Origin: an uncultured Candidatus Micrarchaeota archaeon
GTDB taxonomy: Archaea > Micrarchaeota > Micrarchaeia > Anstonellales > Bilamarchaeaceae
NCBI GenBank assembly: GCA_963714085.1
Contig: OY970229.1
Span: forward strand, 1,280,001-1,344,000
Direction of reading: 5' to 3'
DNA: 64,000 bases
In this document: positions 19,560-29,636 of the stretch, in pieces
Layout of the letters: the number at the start of each line of letters is the position of its first letter
Position numbering within the stretch: the stretch's first letter is position 1
Position numbers and translations under genes: made by a program
Notes under the pieces: model-generated
Database searches by the model: none
Seen by the model: only the letters and a program-made list of their open reading frames with translations
Told to the model about the DNA's origin: nothing

Positions 19560-20522
19560 ATGAGCATGGACAAGGTCGTCGAAGCGGAGAACATCGTCAA
19601 GGTCTATCCCGGCAAGGTCACGCTCTACAATTTCACGCTCACGATAAGCAAGGGGGACGTCATGGGCCTGCTCGGCCCGAACGGGGCCGGCAAAAGCACC
19701 TTCATAAGGATAATGACCGGAGCCGAGATGCCTGATTCAGGCAGGATACTGCTCTTCGGCAAGCCGCTTTCAGGCAGTTCCGCCCGGAGGATCGGGGTCG
19801 CGCCCCAGGACAACTGCGTGTATTCCCTGCTCACATGCATGGAGAACCTGCTCTATTTCGGTTCGCTCTACGGCGTATCCGGGAAAACCGCGTGGAAAAG
19901 GGCGGCGAAGCTGCTCTCGGACCTCGAGCTCAGCGACAAGACCAACGCCCAGGCAGGATTGCTGAGCGGGGGCATGAAGCGCAGGCTCAACCTCGCATGC
20001 GCCCTGATGCACGAGCCGGAACTCATAATCTTGGACGAGCCCACTACCGGGCTGGACCCCTCCAGCAGGAGGAAGATGTGGGACCTGGTGCGGCGCATCG
20101 TGAAGCAGAAGGGCGCCACGATCCTGCTCACCACGCATTACATGGAGGAGGCCGAGTCCCTCTGCGGAAAGGTCGCGTTCGTCAACGACGGCAAGGTCGT
20201 GGCGCAAGGCAGCCCGGACGAGCTTCGCAAGCTCGCTGGCAGGGAGATAGCCAAACTCATGAGCATACCCGGGGACTACGCCGGGTTGGAGCCGATGATC
20301 AAGGGCATCAAGGGCGTGCGCAACACGACGATAACCGAGCACGGAATGTTCGTGGAGGCCGCCGACGTCTCGGGCATAGTCGGCGAGATGTCCGACATAT
20401 TCGCGAAAAAGGGCGAGAAGATAGTGGAGCTGTCGGTTTCCAAGCCGTCGCTGGAGGACGTATTCCTCAAGCTCACCGGCGCCCAGCTCAAGGAGGCTGT
20501 GAAAATTGGACCTAAGAAGTGA
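19560..20522 (+). CDS. ABC-2 exporter ATP-binding subunit
   Basis: [34 protein letters not shown]. Confidence 0.93.
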   Translation: MSMDKVVEAENIVKVYPGKVTLYNFTLTISKGDVMGLLGPNGAGKSTFIRIMTGAEMPDSGRILLFGKPLSGSSARRIGVAPQDNCVYSLLTCMENLLYFGSLYGVSGKTAWKRAAKLLSDLELSDKTNAQAGLLSGGMKRRLNLACALMHEPELIILDEPTTGLDPSSRRKMWDLVRRIVKQKGATILLTTHYMEEAESLCGKVAFVNDGKVVAQGSPDELRKLAGREIAKLMSIPGDYAGLEPMIKGIKGVRNTTITEHGMFVEAADVSGIVGEMSDIFAKKGEKIVELSVSKPSLEDVFLKLTGAQLKEAVKIGPKK

Positions 20523-22353
20523 GATAAGCAAGGACGGCAGGCAGTTCTTCCGCGAAGGGAGGACGCTGCTGCTGCTATTCGCGGTCCCACTGCTCGTGCT
20601 GCTCGTGCTAGGGGGCGTGTTCGGCAACACGGCCGCCCAGACCACCGGCATAAGCATCGGCCTCTGCGACCTGGACAACAGCACGATGTCGCACCTTTTC
20701 GTGTCCAGCATATCGAACAGCACGAACATCGTCGATTACAGCAACGACAGCAACTGCAACGCCACGGTCTACGGCCAGGTCACCCAGGGTCGGCTGCCTG
20801 CGGCCATAGTGATACCCAGCGGCTTCGAGTCCCAGATCGAGGCCGGCCAGTCCCAGAACCTGACCGTGTACATAGACAACTCAAGGGTCCAGATCGCGCC
20901 CTCCATAGAGGCGTTCCTCAAGGCAGCGGTGCAGCAGGCCGGGCAGGAGATCGGCACCCAGTTCATCCTGAGCGTCTGGGGCCAGCTGGACAACGCCTCT
21001 GCCCAGCTCAGCGGGCTCCAGGCCCAGGTGAACGGCAGCCGGACGGACGCGCTGGACATGGAGCAGAGGCTCCAGGGCACCGAGGACTCGCTCAATGCCA
21101 TAAACTTCAGCGTCATGAGCGACCAGATCTCGGCTGCGAACGCCACGATCGGCTATGCGCGCGATTCCATGGAGACCGCCCGGTCCAACCTCACGCAGAC
21201 ACAGTCCAACTTCGCGGGATACGAGGACGAGCTCAATCAGACCGAGGCCGACCTGCTGCAGATAAACGCCACGCTGGGCAATGCGACAGCTTACATAAAT
21301 TCCGCCCAGAGCGGGATCAACTGCTCGAACGTGCTTTTCCTGGCTTACTGCGTGTCCCTGGATTCGCTCAACTCCACCATCGGGTCGGCAAGCGCCTCGG
21401 TCAACGACCGCATAACCAAGATAGAGGCCGCCAAAGCGGGCCTGGCCCAGGCCAATGCGACCATAATCCAGTTCGACTCCAGCATCGATTCCGCGCTGAA
21501 CAGGACGCAGGACGCCGAGGCGAGGCTGGCGGAGATGGACAGCTTCATGGACCAGCTGAAGAGCAACCAGGCGGACGCCCTGTCAACCATAGACGAGGTC
21601 ATGTCCTCGCTAAACGAGACGGTGAACAAGAGCTACCAGCTCGAGGCCATAATAAACCAGAGCACGAGCCAGATAAACGGCATCACGTCGCGCGACCCGC
21701 AATCCGTCATAGCGCCCATGCTGCTCTCATCGGACGCGCTCTTCGGCCAGCGCACGTTCTTCGACTTCCTGCTTCCGAGCCTGCTGCCCATGATACTGAT
21801 GTTCGTCGCCCTGTTCCTCTCGTCCACGTCGCTCGTGCGGGAGAAGAACAGCGGGACGCTGGCCAGGGTGCAGCTCTCCCAGGTCAACCCCTTCGAATAC
21901 TGCGTTGTCAAGGTCATAAGCTACACCGTGGTCCTCATACCAGAGGCCATAATGCTTACCATCATCGCCTCCGTGGTCTACGGCAGCTTCTCGGTCCTGG
22001 ATTTCGGGACCTGGATCTTCGTGTTCGAGACCCTTGCCCTGCTCCTGCTCTCCTTCGTCTCCATAGGACTGGTGATCGCCCTGTATTCCGAATCCGAGGC
22101 CACCGCGTTCCTGGCGTCGCTGGTGGTCGGCCTTCCACTGCTGTTCCTCAGCGGCCTGCCGTTCCCGTTCGAGTTCATGCCCTCGTCCATAGCCATGGTG
22201 GGCCAGGCGTCGCCCCTGACGCAGGCGGTGTCCAGCATGCAGTCCGTGATGCTCTACCATTCTCCCCAGGCCGTGGGCTTCGGCATACTCATACTATACG
22301 CGCTGGTCTTCACGATCGTCGCCGCGCTTTCCATGAGAAGGAGCAGGTTCTAG
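20506..22353 (+). CDS. ABC-2 permease with long extracellular coiled-coil (YhgE/Pip-like)
   Basis: N-terminal TM, ~250-aa heptad-rich region, REKNSGTL and C-terminal TM bundle. Confidence 0.85.
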   Translation: MDLRSEISKDGRQFFREGRTLLLLFAVPLLVLLVLGGVFGNTAAQTTGISIGLCDLDNSTMSHLFVSSISNSTNIVDYSNDSNCNATVYGQVTQGRLPAAIVIPSGFESQIEAGQSQNLTVYIDNSRVQIAPSIEAFLKAAVQQAGQEIGTQFILSVWGQLDNASAQLSGLQAQVNGSRTDALDMEQRLQGTEDSLNAINFSVMSDQISAANATIGYARDSMETARSNLTQTQSNFAGYEDELNQTEADLLQINATLGNATAYINSAQSGINCSNVLFLAYCVSLDSLNSTIGSASASVNDRITKIEAAKAGLAQANATIIQFDSSIDSALNRTQDAEARLAEMDSFMDQLKSNQADALSTIDEVMSSLNETVNKSYQLEAIINQSTSQINGITSRDPQSVIAPMLLSSDALFGQRTFFDFLLPSLLPMILMFVALFLSSTSLVREKNSGTLARVQLSQVNPFEYCVVKVISYTVVLIPEAIMLTIIASVVYGSFSVLDFGTWIFVFETLALLLLSFVSIGLVIALYSESEATAFLASLVVGLPLLFLSGLPFPFEFMPSSIAMVGQASPLTQAVSSMQSVMLYHSPQAVGFGILILYALVFTIVAALSMRRSRF

Positions 22354-22431
22354 CGCGTCGCTGGCAGATAGATATAAAAGCACGTCGGTCCACAGATGAA
22401 CTTGTCTATACATCAGAGTAAGGTGTAACCC

Positions 22432-23025
22432 ATGACAATGAAAAATAAAACCGTTCAGCCCAGATTAGGACATATCTCTTCGGCAAGAAAGGCGTTCTTG
22501 GCAGCCGCGCTCGGCTTCCAGGTGCTTACAAGCTCTATCGGAACCAACCCGGACAGGTTTCTCGGCACCGCCACGGCGGCGGCCAAGACCGACGCGGGTG
22601 CGCCGAAGGACAAAGCGCAGGCTCCGAGGAACGAAAAAGACCAACTTAACAGGGACCTCCTGGAAGCAGTCGGTAACGGCGATAAACTGGCCGTGGAAAA
22701 GCTCCTCGGCCAGGGCGCGGATCCCAATGCGAAGGACGGCAACGGCAAGTCGCTGCTGGCATTGGCCGTCATCGACGACCATAACGAAATCGCCAGGGCG
22801 CTCCTGAAGAAAGGAGCGGACGTGAACGCCGCTGATGCCAAGGGCAAGACGCCGCTGATGGAAGCCGTCATCGAGGGGCATCTCGGAGCCGTAAGGCTTC
22901 TACTTGACAATGGTGCTGCCGTGGACGCGGTGGACAATAACAAGATGACGGCGCTGTCCCACGCCAATCAGAACGGCCGTGGCGAGATCGCGAAAGCGCT
23001 CGAAGCGAAAGGGGCCAAGGCTTGA
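22432..23025 (+). CDS. Exported ankyrin-repeat protein
   Basis: About 4 ANK repeats (GADPNAKD, GADVNAAD..GKTPLMEA); N-terminal signal-like segment. Confidence 0.88.
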   Translation: MTMKNKTVQPRLGHISSARKAFLAAALGFQVLTSSIGTNPDRFLGTATAAAKTDAGAPKDKAQAPRNEKDQLNRDLLEAVGNGDKLAVEKLLGQGADPNAKDGNGKSLLALAVIDDHNEIARALLKKGADVNAADAKGKTPLMEAVIEGHLGAVRLLLDNGAAVDAVDNNKMTALSHANQNGRGEIAKALEAKGAKA

Positions 23026-23048
23026 AGGCGGACGCGCGTCCCTTTTTG

Positions 23049-23666
23049 CTACTGAAGCTTGTATTTCTTTTCCGCCTCTTTTATCATCGCTTCCTGTTCT
23101 TCCGGCGACACCCGGCCAGGCGAAGGCACCCATATGAACTCCATCGGGACACCCAGGAAATCGGCTATCTGCTGGGCGGATTTTTTCTCCTGCTCGGTCG
23201 AAGTCGTGGAGGTGCTGGTTATGCGCCCTTCCGGTGACCTGCTGACAGCTACTATGTTGACTGGTTCATAGGCAAGCTTGAAAGGCACTTCTTCTCCGCT
23301 GTCCATAACGAAATTGACTGTGTAATCAAGGTATCGACTATTGCCGGAGAGCATGGCTTCGCTTAAGGTGAGCTTCCTGATTCTGCTCAGGAAAAACGCA
23401 TTTGTTTTGCCACCTATCAGCCCGAGCAGCGCAACGCTTCCCTCGTCGCTATCCTTATCCAGGATTACTGTGAGCATCTTGTTGGAAGCGATCATCCAAA
23501 TGCCGGCCAAGCCGAGTACGATGAAGAATCCCCCGGCAATCGGATTGCTCGACAACGAGAATGCGCTGTACACTCCGAGAATGATAAATACGGCTCCTAA
23601 GAAATATGCGCCGTAATTATGGTCCTTCAGCACCATCTTCGAAGGACTCTCAAGAGTGATTTTCAT
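23049..23666 (-). CDS. Two-TM membrane protein, paralogue 1
   Basis: MKITLESPSKMVLKD; similar over its length to 23811-24356. Confidence 0.75.
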   Translation of the reverse strand: MKITLESPSKMVLKDHNYGAYFLGAVFIILGVYSAFSLSSNPIAGGFFIVLGLAGIWMIASNKMLTVILDKDSDEGSVALLGLIGGKTNAFFLSRIRKLTLSEAMLSGNSRYLDYTVNFVMDSGEEVPFKLAYEPVNIVAVSRSPEGRITSTSTTSTEQEKKSAQQIADFLGVPMEFIWVPSPGRVSPEEQEAMIKEAEKKYKLQ

Positions 23667-23703
23667 GCGTATTCTTCTTTCGCAAGGATTTAATCTCAAT
23701 AGG

Positions 23704-23769
23704 CTATCCCTTCACTACCCCTATCGGCCTCAGTTTCGCCACTACGTCGCTTATTCCGGCGTCAGCCAT
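23704..23769 (-). pseudogene. Remnant duplicate of rtcB 3' end
   Basis: Encodes MADAGISDVVAKLRPIGVVKG* versus RtcB VADAGISDIVARLRPIGVVKG*; 55/66 nt identical to 24379-24444. Confidence 0.9.
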
Positions 23770-23810
23770 ATGCTCCCACGGACTCTTGAACATCTTTTCC
23801 GCCCGTTTTT

Positions 23811-24356
23811 TTATATGGTAGCTGCCATCTTGTGATTGGTGCTCGGCCCGGTCGCTTCCATCGGGACGCCGAGGAAATCCGCTATCCGCTGCACGAATTC
23901 TTCTTCTTTATCCGGCCCTGCCACGGGCTTGGCCGTGGCGGCATAGACGTTGGTGAGCTTGAAATGCACGGCCTCGCCGCTGTCCATGACGAATTCTACG
24001 ACCGGGTGGCTGCCGGTATGCCTTTCGGCCATGACGGGCCTATCGAGGACTAGCTTTCTGATCCGGGCCAGGTCTATGTCGTCCGATTCGCTCCCGAGCA
24101 TCCCGTGCAGCGCGATGCTCCCCTTGCCGGTGGACTTGTCAAGGATTATCGCTGCTGTCTGGTTGGAAAGCACCATCCATACCCCCAATAAGGCCAGTAT
24201 CGCACCTACCAGCCCGATGACCACGGGAAGCGATCCGCCGATCGCCAGAAGCACGAGCCACGCGCCCAGCATGAAGCACATTGCGCCCCAGAAGTATGTC
24301 ATGTAGTTATTGTCGGTCAGCACCATCCTGGAGGGGTTCTCAAGAGCGATCTTCAT
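23811..24356 (-). CDS. Two-TM membrane protein, paralogue 2
   Basis: MKIALENPSRMVLTD; shares ILDK, RIRKL, FVMDSGE, IADFLGVPME with paralogue 1. Confidence 0.75.
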   Translation of the reverse strand: MKIALENPSRMVLTDNNYMTYFWGAMCFMLGAWLVLLAIGGSLPVVIGLVGAILALLGVWMVLSNQTAAIILDKSTGKGSIALHGMLGSESDDIDLARIRKLVLDRPVMAERHTGSHPVVEFVMDSGEAVHFKLTNVYAATAKPVAGPDKEEEFVQRIADFLGVPMEATGPSTNHKMAATI

Positions 24357-24378
24357 GCTTATCACTCAAGGATTTGAC

Positions 24379-26211
24379 CTATCCTTTCACGACCCCTATC
24401 GGCCTGAGCCTTGCGACAATGTCGCTTATTCCGGCGTCGGCCACGCTCTGCACAACGTCATCAACGTTCTTGTACGCGTCTGGCGCCTCCTCCGCGACCA
24501 CTTTCGGCTCAGTCGCCTTCACATAGATGTGGTTCTTTGTCCAGAGCTCTTCGGTGAGGCTCCTGCCGTTGTGCGTCCTTATGGCCTCGCCCCTGCTCAT
24601 GGTGCGCCCTGCACCGTGACACGTTGTTCCCCAGGACACTTCCAGACCCTTCGGCTTCCCTACCAGCACGTAGCTCGCGGTCCCCATGCTTCCTGGGATG
24701 AGCACCGGCTGGCCTATGGAGCGGAAGGCGGGCGGCAATTCAGGCCTTCCGGCCGGGAATGCGCGCGTCCCTCCTTTCCTGTGTACAATGAGCTTCCTCC
24801 TCTTCCCGTCGACATCGTGCTCCTCGAATTTGGCGATGTTGTGCGCCACGTCGTAGAGCAGGCTCATGTTGTCCGACGTCCCGTTGCCGAACACCTGGTC
24901 GAAGGTCTCCCTCACCCAGTGCCCGATGATGTGCCTGTTCGTGAACGCGTAGTTGACCGCGCACCTCATGCCCCCCATATAGGTGTCCGCCTCCGGGGTC
25001 TGCATCGGCGCGTAAACCAGCTCCCTGTCCGGAAGCCAGAGGTTCCTTTTCTGCGCGAGATTGAGCAGCGGAGGTATGTTGTCAGAGCATATCTGGTGGC
25101 CGTAACCCCTGGAGCCGCAGTGCACCATCACGGTTATCTTGCCTTCTTCCAATCCGAACGCTTTGGCAACGCGCTCGTCGTATATCTTCTCCACGACCTG
25201 GGTCTCCAGGAAGTGGTTGCCCGCGCCGAGCGTGCCGAACTGGCTCTTCCCCCTCTTCTTTGCCGTGGGCGTGACCTTCTTCGGGTCCGCGCCCTCGATC
25301 CTGCCGTACTCCTCGCAGTGCTCCTTGTCCTCCTTCCTGCCATATCCCTTGGCTATTGCCCAGTCCACTCCTTCCACGACCGCCTGGTCCAGCTCCTCGT
25401 GGGAGATGCGCAGCTTGCTCTCCGAGCCGACTCCGCTCGGAACGTTCACGAAAAGCTTGTCGCATAATTCCCGGATCTTCGGCTGGACCTGGCCCAGTTC
25501 GAGTCCTGTCTTAAGCAGCCTGACTCCGCAGTTCGAAACCACGAATCCGTTGGCTATGAAATTGTGGGTCTTCGGCACTGTGAAGTCGTAAACCGTATTA
25601 TTACCGTGGACTTCTACAATGCGGTCTACCTCGTCCGTGTAAAAACCATCCTCGTTCATGAGGAGCGAGCTGCCGATGCTTATATCTTTCGCCAGCGTCT
25701 TCCCCTGCGGTGTGAAAAACGGATGCTCCTCGGTCGCGGCTATCTCGCTTCCGCATTCCGTATAAATCCTGAAAACCCGTTTCCTGCTTTTAAATCTCAT
25801 GAAAAACGAGGGATAAACCGATTCGAGCGTGCCATTGTCAACAGTATAAAGTTCGTACTGTTTCTTCGGAAAACTCTCTATGGTCCTAAAACCATCCTCG
25901 GTTGATATCTTTGTTTCGCCCGGCAGGCAGTTTATGTCGTAACCGACCCCCCCAGGACTCACTATCCCCGTCTCCGCGTCGAACGCCGCGACCCCGCCTA
26001 TCGGGAACCCGTATCCCTCGTGGCCGTCCGGTAATAATATCGCGTGCTTCACGATGCCTTCCAGCCCGGCGACATTCCTGAGCTGCTGCATCGTCCGATC
26101 ATGCTTCATCCCCTCTATTATCTTGTCATTCGCCAGAATGTAGGCGGGCGCCTTCATGTCGCCCTCCTTCTCCATGCGCCATATCGCCTTTTCGACCTGT
26201 GTCAATTCCAT
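24379..26211 (-). CDS. rtcB: RNA-splicing ligase RtcB containing an intein
   Basis: PDGHEGYGFPIGG, GYDIN/CGVR, GTLGAGNHF, HCGSRG, HNIA, HRKG, HGAGR, EEAPDAYK. Confidence 0.95.
   Translation of the reverse strand: MELTQVEKAIWRMEKEGDMKAPAYILANDKIIEGMKHDRTMQQLRNVAGLEGIVKHAILLPDGHEGYGFPIGGVAAFDAETGIVSPGGVGYDINCLPGETKISTEDGFRTIESFPKKQYELYTVDNGTLESVYPSFFMRFKSRKRVFRIYTECGSEIAATEEHPFFTPQGKTLAKDISIGSSLLMNEDGFYTDEVDRIVEVHGNNTVYDFTVPKTHNFIANGFVVSNCGVRLLKTGLELGQVQPKIRELCDKLFVNVPSGVGSESKLRISHEELDQAVVEGVDWAIAKGYGRKEDKEHCEEYGRIEGADPKKVTPTAKKRGKSQFGTLGAGNHFLETQVVEKIYDERVAKAFGLEEGKITVMVHCGSRGYGHQICSDNIPPLLNLAQKRNLWLPDRELVYAPMQTPEADTYMGGMRCAVNYAFTNRHIIGHWVRETFDQVFGNGTSDNMSLLYDVAHNIAKFEEHDVDGKRRKLIVHRKGGTRAFPAGRPELPPAFRSIGQPVLIPGSMGTASYVLVGKPKGLEVSWGTTCHGAGRTMSRGEAIRTHNGRSLTEELWTKNHIYVKATEPKVVAEEAPDAYKNVDDVVQSVADAGISDIVARLRPIGVVKG
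25531..25929 (-). mobile_element. Mini-intein (133 aa, no homing endonuclease) in RtcB
   Basis: CLPGETKI start, block B ATEEHPF, VYDFTV..HNFIANGFVVSN|C end; lower GC than flanks. Confidence 0.92.
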
Positions 26212-26309
26212 GAGTGTCACCGCATAATTCGCTGTTATATAGTTCCTACCAACCAATATAAACGTTATCGCCCAATTACCCCATAACGACCAATGGCGGA
26301 GGAATTCAT

Positions 26310-27116
26310 ATGCGAGACTATATCAGGGCGAATGATCTTGAAGACGATACGGATGCGGTCATCAGGCAGATGAGGGACATGCTCGAGGGGAAGCTTCCTG
26401 CGAGAGCGCCGGCTAGGAGGGCGCCGCAGAGGCTCAAGGGCACGAACCTCGCGCTCACCATCGTGCACTCGCTGCGCGGCGAGATGCGGGACATCGGAGG
26501 CCTGGACGCGCCCGAGGAGCTGGTATTGGAGACGAAGCCGAAGAGGCGCGCGCCTCTAATCACCCAGAAATCGGTACCAATGCCGGAGCCGGAAGAGGCC
26601 CCTTCAGCAGAACCAGTACCGGTCGTGGAACCAATGCCTGAAACAAAGGAGCCCATAGGGCCGGAACCCGGGCCTGAGACGAAGGCGCTCCTCGCAGTAC
26701 CGCTCATAGAGCCCGAGCCCGGGCCGGAACCAGAACTCGAGCCCGAACCGCTGGAACCAGAGACGGATTTCACAGCTGCCGAGCCCGTGGGATCGAAGCC
26801 CGCGCCCATGGCGAGCGTCGAGCCGCTGTTCGAACACGAGCCGCAGAAGATGCCCGGGATAGTGGACATCCCGAAGCCGAAGACCTCCAAGCTCACCGCA
26901 GGGGACGACGAGGACGACGATGACGACGGACCTGACGAGGACGACGATGACGAAGGGGACGATGACGAGCCGGGCCCGCCTGTCAGGATGGGCAGGTCCA
27001 AGAAGATGCTGCTAAAGCTCCTCAAGCGCATCGGGAGTAAGAAGAGCGTCTCGCGCTCCCGCAAAACGACCCGGAGCAGGCCGAAATCCCATCCAGCCCC
27101 CAGGCGCAGGAAATAG
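26310..27116 (+). CDS. Hypothetical low-complexity protein (Pro/Glu-rich, Asp tract, basic tail)
   Basis: GGAGG RBS; typical codon usage. Confidence 0.65.
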   Translation: MRDYIRANDLEDDTDAVIRQMRDMLEGKLPARAPARRAPQRLKGTNLALTIVHSLRGEMRDIGGLDAPEELVLETKPKRRAPLITQKSVPMPEPEEAPSAEPVPVVEPMPETKEPIGPEPGPETKALLAVPLIEPEPGPEPELEPEPLEPETDFTAAEPVGSKPAPMASVEPLFEHEPQKMPGIVDIPKPKTSKLTAGDDEDDDDDGPDEDDDDEGDDDEPGPPVRMGRSKKMLLKLLKRIGSKKSVSRSRKTTRSRPKSHPAPRRRK

Positions 27117-27166
27117 GAAGATTTTAATTCATTTTAATTATTGGTTAGCATCGATATGGTGATACA

Positions 27167-28039
27167 TTGGTCCTCTGCGTAATCGCCTTCATCGTATTGG
27201 CCTTCATGTCCCTGTTCAGCGCCAAGTACCGGCCGATGGCGAAGGAGGCGTTCCGCTGCGTCTTCCTCAAGATGACGCTGCGGCCCTGCGAGAGCGGGCT
27301 GGACCAGAAGATAAAGATGAAGGTCGTTTCATCGGTGTTCGACCGCTCGCCTCCTGCCGCGCAGTTCGTCAACAAGCATTTCGAGCTTTTGTCCTGGATA
27401 TTCGTGATACTCTCGTTCGTGAGCCTTGTGCTGGTGATCCAGGGCGTGTACAACTTCTACCTCTACGGCACCTGCGACCCTGCGCATCCGAACCAGTGCC
27501 TGATAACCGGGATAATCGGCCAGCCCATATGCCCTGTATCATACGAAGGCATAGACGTCGGGCCTGCCAATGCTTCGGTGACGATAATAGAGTTCGGCTG
27601 CTTCACCTGCCCGTATACCAAGGCATCCGAGGACATGGTGGAGCAGATCCTTGCCAAGTACAACGGCAGCGTGCGCTACGTGTTCAAGACGTTCCCGATC
27701 CCGACCCACGACAACTCCGTGATAGCCGCCGAGGCGTCCATCTGCGCCAACAACCAGGGCCAGTACTGGGCGTACAGGGAGGGGATGTTCAACAACCAGT
27801 CCCTCATAGTGAGCGAGGGCGAGCCGTTCCTGCTCTCGCTGGCCGCGCAGGTCGGCCTTAACATCCCGGAGTTCACATCCTGCATGGCCTCCAATTCCAC
27901 GGCGCAGCAGGTGGCGCTCATGCAAGAGGAGGGCAACGAGTCCAACATCCGCGGCACGCCAACGTTCTTCGTCAACCGCGTGTACGTGGCCAACGCGTCG
28001 GACCTCGAGAATGTCGTGCAGCAGGACCTTGCGAAATGA
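27167..28039 (+). CDS. Membrane-anchored DsbA/thioredoxin-like protein
   Basis: TIIEFGCFTCPYT, FP, AAEASICA..QG.YW, IRGTPTFFVN. Confidence 0.85.
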   Translation: MVLCVIAFIVLAFMSLFSAKYRPMAKEAFRCVFLKMTLRPCESGLDQKIKMKVVSSVFDRSPPAAQFVNKHFELLSWIFVILSFVSLVLVIQGVYNFYLYGTCDPAHPNQCLITGIIGQPICPVSYEGIDVGPANASVTIIEFGCFTCPYTKASEDMVEQILAKYNGSVRYVFKTFPIPTHDNSVIAAEASICANNQGQYWAYREGMFNNQSLIVSEGEPFLLSLAAQVGLNIPEFTSCMASNSTAQQVALMQEEGNESNIRGTPTFFVNRVYVANASDLENVVQQDLAK

Positions 28040-28139
28040 TCCCCGCAGGACGGACTCCGTGGTGGAGCCACCGGAACCCCCGCTCGCCCGGTTTCCCAAT
28101 TCTTTAAAAACTCTTATTCCCAAGAAAGATTTGCTATTT

Positions 28140-28214
28140 GCCCCTGTAGTCTAGCCCGGTCAAGGACAACGGACTCTCACTCCGTGAACCCGAGTTCAAA
28201 TCTCGGCAGGAGCA
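28140..28214 (+). tRNA. tRNA-Glu(CTC)
   Basis: GCCCCTGTAGTCTAGCCCGGTCAAGGACAACGGACT-CTC-ACTCCGTGAACCCGAGTTCAAATCTCGGCAGGAGCA cloverleaf; C3:A70 mismatch; TATA upstream. Confidence 0.92.
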
Positions 28215-28418
28215 TATTCTCTTTATCTGAGTGCTCCCCCCTCAGCAGCAGCCAGCAACCGGTTCCCAGTCTCGGGTTTCGGGTTCTGAGTAATGGGTTT
28301 TGCACGAATTTGACACCATAATGTCAAATTTTACAGCAAGTAAAATATAGCCGGTTCAGCACAAAAATGCTGATACCAGCACGAAGCCAGATAAAGGCCT
28401 TCCACTGGAGTTGGAAAC

Positions 28419-29636
28419 ATGGCGAAAGTGGATCTATATGACTATCCGAGAAGGCTTGAGCAGGCAATTGAAAAATTAAGGGAAGAAAAAGGGGTTTGTA
28501 AGGAAAATGTCGAGGCCATAGTAACTTTTTCTAAGTTTAAACTGGCCAAAAGCTGTACGCATGGAAGGGTTGCCAAAACCGTTTATTGCCTACGATTCTT
28601 GGCAAAATGGCTCAAAAAACCTTTCAAAAAGGCAACAAAAGACGACCTGATCGCCTTAGTTGGCGATTTGGAACGGACGGATTACGCAGAATATACAAAA
28701 TACGACTATCGAGTCATTCTGAAGATGTTTTACAAATGGTTGGAAGGTAAAGACGAGTTTTTCCCGCCTAAGATTACCTGGCTAAGAAAAAGCATGAAGC
28801 ACCTTGATCACAAGCTACCTGAACAATTGATAACCGAGGAAGAAGTCCTGAAGTTGGCAGACGCAGCCATGAATCCAAGAGACAAAACGTTGATTTTGGT
28901 TCTTTATGAGACTGGTTGTAGGATTGGAGAACTACTATCACTACAAATGAGGAATGTTAGTTTTGATCAATATGGAGCCGTTCTGAGGGTTACTGGCAAA
29001 ACCGGCGATAGAAGGGTTCGAATCATCAGCTCGGCGTCTGTTTTGGCTTCCTGGATTAATTCACACCCTAAAGCAAAAGACCCGGAAGCTTGGCTATGGC
29101 TTCAATACAAAAACAATACGATAACCGATAAATGCCTGCGACATGGGACGATTTATGCAACTCTTAGGAAAATTGCCAAAAGAGCAGGTATTCAGAAGAA
29201 AATCTACCCGCATTTGTTTCGCCATTCAAGAGCCACTAATTTAGCAAATAAATTGACCGAATCGCAGATGAAGGAGCACTTCGGTTGGGTTCAAGGCTCT
29301 GATATGGCAGCGACGTATGTTCATCTTTCTGGTCGTGATGTTGATAACGCATTTTTGAAAATGCATGGCTTGGTTCCAATTGAAAACAACCGAGAAGAAA
29401 AACTGAGGGTAAGAACCTGCCAGCGCTGCAAGGAACACAATTCACCTACTTTCAAGTGCTGCACCAAATGTGGAATGCCTCTTGACGAATCTTTCATTTC
29501 AACAATCGAAAAAGAGCGTCAGAAAGGCGACAATCTCATGAACAAATTGATGGAAGATGACGAGGTCAGGAATTTTTTGCTAAAGAAAATGCTAGAGAAA
29601 GGACTAGATAAGGAATTGAACGGGGCGCAGGTATGA
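28419..29636 (+). CDS. Tyrosine recombinase/integrase with C-terminal Zn ribbon
   Basis: LYETGCRIGE, GKTG, YPHLFRHSRAT, YVHL; homologous to 7825-9132. Confidence 0.93.
   Translation: MAKVDLYDYPRRLEQAIEKLREEKGVCKENVEAIVTFSKFKLAKSCTHGRVAKTVYCLRFLAKWLKKPFKKATKDDLIALVGDLERTDYAEYTKYDYRVILKMFYKWLEGKDEFFPPKITWLRKSMKHLDHKLPEQLITEEEVLKLADAAMNPRDKTLILVLYETGCRIGELLSLQMRNVSFDQYGAVLRVTGKTGDRRVRIISSASVLASWINSHPKAKDPEAWLWLQYKNNTITDKCLRHGTIYATLRKIAKRAGIQKKIYPHLFRHSRATNLANKLTESQMKEHFGWVQGSDMAATYVHLSGRDVDNAFLKMHGLVPIENNREEKLRVRTCQRCKEHNSPTFKCCTKCGMPLDESFISTIEKERQKGDNLMNKLMEDDEVRNFLLKKMLEKGLDKELNGAQV

Noticed and set aside
26900..26970. GACGAC/GATGAC tandem repeats
   Set aside because: Simply encode the Asp-rich tract of the 26310-27116 protein.
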